From Candidatus Krumholzibacteriia bacterium (GTDB taxonomy: Bacteria; Krumholzibacteriota; Krumholzibacteriia; LZORAL124-64-63): a stretch of DNA of 64,000 nucleotides. The notes under the pieces are model-generated. The model was given only the letters and a program-made list of their open reading frames with translations, made no database searches and had not been told where the DNA came from. This document shows positions 60,407-64,000 of this stretch, piece after piece (within the stretch, counting starts at the first letter, position 1; each line of letters starts with the position of its first letter). The translations under genes were made by a program, and so were the position numbers. The stretch is from positions 11,512 through 75,511 of the forward strand of contig JAWOID010000135.1 in assembly GCA_046484865.1 (NCBI GenBank). The letters are read 5' to 3'.

Positions 60407-62134
60407 ATGTCGCATCTCGTCGTCGGTTCACTACCGGATCTGGTCCCGGCTCGGATGCTGAATGAGTACGTGTACTGCCCGCGCCTGGCCTGGCTGGAGT
60501 GGGTTGCAGCGGAATGGGCCGATAGTGCGGACACCGTCGAAGGACGGACAGCGCACCGGGCGGTCGACAGGACCGCCGGACGCTTGCAAAGGCCCGACGT
60601 GAAGGCCGGAGGCGAAGAGCACACGGACGAATCGGCCCAAGACCAGGACGAGATTGTCGCGCGTGCTCAGTCGATCACCATGTCCGCTCCCGAAGAATTC
60701 CTCATCGCCAGAATGGACGTCGTCGAGCAGGAAGGCAGTCGCGCATGGCCCGTCGATACTAAACGGGGCGCAATGCCGGACATTCCGGGCGGGGTATGGG
60801 AACCCGAGCAGGTGCAGATCTGCGCACAGATCCTGATCCTACGTGCGAACGGCTTTCAATGCGATAGCGGCTATGTCTACTTCGCCGGTTCACGGCGACA
60901 GGTGGAGGTCCATGCGACCGACGTTCTGGTCGATCGGACGCGAAGGTACGTGTCCGATCTTCGCGAAGCCGCTGCGCAGTCGAAGGCTCCAAGGCCACTC
61001 GAAGACAGTCCCAAGTGCCCTCGCTGTTCGCTCGTGGGCATCTGCCTGCCGGACGAGACACTCGTCCTCTCTGGAGAGTTGACGAACTCACGGACTACGG
61101 AGATCAGGCGGCTTGTGCCCGGCCGTGACGACACCCAGCCGCTGTACCTGAACAAGCAGGGTGTTTCGCTGGGCAAGAGCGCAGGGGAGTTTGTCGTCCG
61201 GGAGAAAGGAATAGAGGTCGACAGGATCCGTATCGCGGAGACCGCGCAGGTCTGTCTGTTCGGCAACGTCCAGGTCACGACTCAGGCGCTCCAGGAGTGC
61301 TTTTCGCGTGACATCCCGGTCCTCTTCTTCACCTATGGCGGCTGGTTCAAGGGAATGACGAGGGGGTTGGGGGCGCGCAACGTCGAGCTTCGCCGCGCGC
61401 AATATGCTCGGGCCGAGAAGCCCGGGTTCTGCGTGCGTCTGGCTGGACGCTTGGTGAGCGACAAGATTCGAAATTCGCGGGTGCTACTGCGGCGCAATCA
61501 CCGACCGGGTTGCACTCCAGTGATCGCTCGCCTTCGCCGTCATGCGAACAAGGCCGAGCAGGAGACGGAACTCGAATCGCTGCTGGGTATCGAAGGAACC
61601 GCCGCCCGCGAGTACTTCGCAGAGTTCGCGGGCATGTTTCGCGACGGCGATAGAGCGGCGTCGGGTTTCACCATGGACGGGCGTAACCGGCGGCCACCAC
61701 TCGATCCGGTCAACGCCATGCTCTCATTCGCTTATGCGATGCTGGTCAAGGACTGGACCGTGACGTTAAGCGCCGTTGGCCTGGATCCGTTCCTCGGCGT
61801 TTACCACCAGCCCCGGTTCGGCCGGCCGGCCCTAGCCCTGGACATGATGGAACCGTTCCGACCGTTGATCGCGGATTCCACGGTGCTGTGGGTCGTGAAC
61901 AACGGCGTGCTCGGCAGGTCGGACTTCGTCGAAAGAGGTGGCGGCTGCGCTCTCAAGCCCGATGCCCGCAAGAAGTTCATTCTCGCGTACGAGCAGCGTA
62001 TGGACACGCTGATCACTCACCCGGTTTTCGATTACCGGGTCTCATATCGGCGGGTTTTCGAGGTGCAGGCACGGCTGCTGGCACGCGTCTTCACAGGTGA
62101 GATCCCGGAACTACCATCGTTTGTGACGCGGTGA
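60407..62134 (+). CDS. cas1: Cas4-Cas1 fusion
   Basis: RMLNEYVYCPRL, PVDTKRG, QICAQ and KCPRCSLVGIC (Cas4 Fe-S). LLGIEG..YF, RNRRPPLDPVNAMLSFAY, GVYH, LALDMMEPFRP. Confidence 0.96.
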   Translation: MSHLVVGSLPDLVPARMLNEYVYCPRLAWLEWVAAEWADSADTVEGRTAHRAVDRTAGRLQRPDVKAGGEEHTDESAQDQDEIVARAQSITMSAPEEFLIARMDVVEQEGSRAWPVDTKRGAMPDIPGGVWEPEQVQICAQILILRANGFQCDSGYVYFAGSRRQVEVHATDVLVDRTRRYVSDLREAAAQSKAPRPLEDSPKCPRCSLVGICLPDETLVLSGELTNSRTTEIRRLVPGRDDTQPLYLNKQGVSLGKSAGEFVVREKGIEVDRIRIAETAQVCLFGNVQVTTQALQECFSRDIPVLFFTYGGWFKGMTRGLGARNVELRRAQYARAEKPGFCVRLAGRLVSDKIRNSRVLLRRNHRPGCTPVIARLRRHANKAEQETELESLLGIEGTAAREYFAEFAGMFRDGDRAASGFTMDGRNRRPPLDPVNAMLSFAYAMLVKDWTVTLSAVGLDPFLGVYHQPRFGRPALALDMMEPFRPLIADSTVLWVVNNGVLGRSDFVERGGGCALKPDARKKFILAYEQRMDTLITHPVFDYRVSYRRVFEVQARLLARVFTGEIPELPSFVTR

Positions 62135-62135
62135 C

Positions 62136-62426
62136 ATGCGAACCATTTACATCGTGACCTACGACATTTCGAGCCCCCGTCGCCTGCGCCGAGTGTTCAA
62201 CACCCTGAGGGGCTACGGCGACCACCTCCAGCTGTCGGTTTTTAGGTGCGAACTGTCCGCGCGAGAGCTGGCGCTACTCAACTCGGATCTGCTCGAGGTC
62301 ATCAGCAGCAAGGAAGACCAGGTTCTCTTCTTCCCTCTCGGCCCCGCGTCCGGCCACAACCACGAGAACGTGAAGGCACTCGGGCGTGCTTATGTCGCCC
62401 TGGAACGCCACGCCAAGGTGATTTGA
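62136..62426 (+). CDS. cas2: CRISPR-associated Cas2
   Basis: YIVTYDISSPRRLRRV..GYGDHLQLSVFRC..EDQV. Confidence 0.96.
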   Translation: MRTIYIVTYDISSPRRLRRVFNTLRGYGDHLQLSVFRCELSARELALLNSDLLEVISSKEDQVLFFPLGPASGHNHENVKALGRAYVALERHAKVI

Positions 62427-62605
62427 ACTGCTGCCAGCCTGCGAGCGGCGCAATGAGCAGATTCCCCCGGTCACCGCTCGCGCCTTGTCCAGCAACGACT
62501 TGGAAGGAGGTGACTCGATGATTCGGCTGAGCCCGGGTGCTAATTTATCGACCTCTCGCAAACCGGGTGGAATCTCGTATTCTGGCAAGGGGTTGCGAGT
62601 GGGCC
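62427..62605 (+). promoter_or_regulatory. CRISPR leader of array 2
   Basis: Non-coding, lower-GC stretch between cas2 and the first repeat. Confidence 0.65.
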
Positions 62606-63807
62606 GATCCCGCCTCCGAATGGAGGCGGCTCCATTGAAGCTAAGAGAAGATATCGTTGTACCCGAGCATGATGATCGATCCCGCCTCCGAATGGAGGCG
62701 GCTCCATTGAAGCGGCACCTGGTCGAGCCCACCAGCATGGCGGCGGCCGGATCCCGCCTCCGAATGGAGGCGGCTCCATTGAAGCGCAAACCCCGTTGCG
62801 CCTGGATCTCGGCCAGGACGGCGGGATCCCGCCTCCGAATGGAGGCGGCTCCATTGAAGCCAGACCTATCTTGCCGACACCAATCAGACCGGGCCCATCG
62901 ATCCCGCCTCCGAATGGAGGCGGCTCCATTGAAGCCTCAAGGATTGCGACTTTGCCGTGCGTCACGCGCAGTGATCCCGCCTCCGAATGGAGGCGGCTCC
63001 ATTGAAGCCTGTCGCCCGACGAGATGGGCCGGTTCCTGCCGGTGATCCCGCCTCCGAATGGAGGCGGCTCCATTGAAGCAGCACCGACGCCCGGCGGGCC
63101 GGATCCACCCGCGGCGGATCCCGCCTCCGAATGGAGGCGGCTCCATTGAAGCCTGCCTCCGCGCCGCTTACACGCCCCCGAGAAAGATGATCCCGCCTCC
63201 GAATGGAGGCGGCTCCATTGAAGCAACTTGGTAGAGTATGCCCACGGGGGAGCCTTTAACTGGATCCCGCCTCCGAATGGAGGCGGCTCCATTGAAGCGG
63301 GTCGGCGTCGGCCGGGTCGATCCACGCGGCCTTGAACAGATCCCGCCTCCGAATGGAGGCGGCTCCATTGAAGCCCGCCGTCAACAAACCACTACTGGCG
63401 CCACATCATGATCGATCCCGCCTCCGAATGGAGGCGGCTCCATTGAAGCTCCTGGCGGTCGCTGCTGGCCTTCACCTGGGCTACGATCCCGCCTCCGAAT
63501 GGAGGCGGCTCCATTGAAGCAACACCCATCCGGTTGAGTCCGCGCCGGTCTTGGTGTGATCCCGCCTCCGAATGGAGGCGGCTCCATTGAAGCTGGTTGC
63601 TCGGGTATCAGTGGGATCCCAATTCTCAGATCCCGCCTCCGAATGGAGGCGGCTCCATTGAAGCGCTTAATACGGAGCTACGGCACCTGGCGACCGTTGC
63701 GATCCCGCCTCCGAATGGAGGCGGCTCCATTGAAGCCCCGAGTACTTCGGGCCCCTGGCCCAGCTCACCACGATCCCGCCTCCGAATGGAGGCGGGTCCA
63801 TTGAAGC
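62606..63807 (+). CRISPR. CRISPR array 2 (type I-G): 17 repeats, 16 spacers
   Basis: GATCCCGCCTCCGAATGGAGGCGGCTCCATTGAAGC from 62606 to 63772. Last copy has one mismatch (GGCGGGTCC), marking the trailer end. Spacers 35-40 nt. Confidence 0.98.
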
Positions 63808-64000
63808 GCCCACGACGCGGCGGTATGGTGGTAGGTGAGAGGATTCGGACACTCGGGAGCGCGTAGATCAGGCAGGGAGGCCGCTGATGATCCGGGATGA
63901 GGCCCTCGCCAGGGGGCGCGGGCGCCGGCAACTGGCGCGCTGGGATACGCCGTTCGGCCGCTGGGTTGCCGACGTGACGGTCGGAGGCATCGTGCGCGCC

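Noticed and set aside
63299..63338. Possible self-targeting spacer (15-nt match CGGCCGGGTCGATCC to iscS 10260-10274)
   Set aside because: Short GC-rich match with non-matching flanks, plausible by chance. No full protospacer was noticed in the window by eye.
58408..63931. ORFs with MEPPPFGGGI or RSRLRMEAAPLK repeats
   Set aside because: Translations of CRISPR repeats, not proteins.

Overview
High-GC bacterial chromosomal window. FlgD-Ig-tailed secreted proteins and a C-terminal 'TWxxVKxxYR' tag suggest an FCB-group candidate lineage such as Krumholzibacteriota, Latescibacterota or Eisenbacteria (inference). 1-30 kb: a giant repeat-built secreted protein (>1737 aa, runs off the window, absent from the ORF track) behind a consensus sigma-54 promoter and a PilZ gene; glgX; an orphan exbD; a cysteine desulfurase with an Rrf2 regulator; a TPR/sigma-54 activator coupled to a small secreted peptide; a KamA-family radical SAM enzyme; several hydrolases; kynureninase; and a methanethiol oxidase cluster (mtoX, SCO, MauG-like peroxidase) with a divergent AraC regulator carrying a His-rich insert. 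30-47 kb: a 2474-aa subtilase, a MerR-HTH/vWA pair, osmC, gene debris, and a second subtilase bracketed by 97-bp direct repeats. 47-64 kb looks like a defence island: TM0106 nuclease-helicase, HNH endonuclease, IS remnants, an uncharacterised lower-GC three-gene cluster, and a type I-G (I-U) CRISPR-Cas locus. In that locus an inverted, leaderless array is fused through a broken repeat into the middle of csb2. No cas3, cas8 or cas7 is present in the window, while the Cas6-like half of Csb2, cas4/1, cas2 and a second array remain. No tRNA or rRNA genes were recognised.
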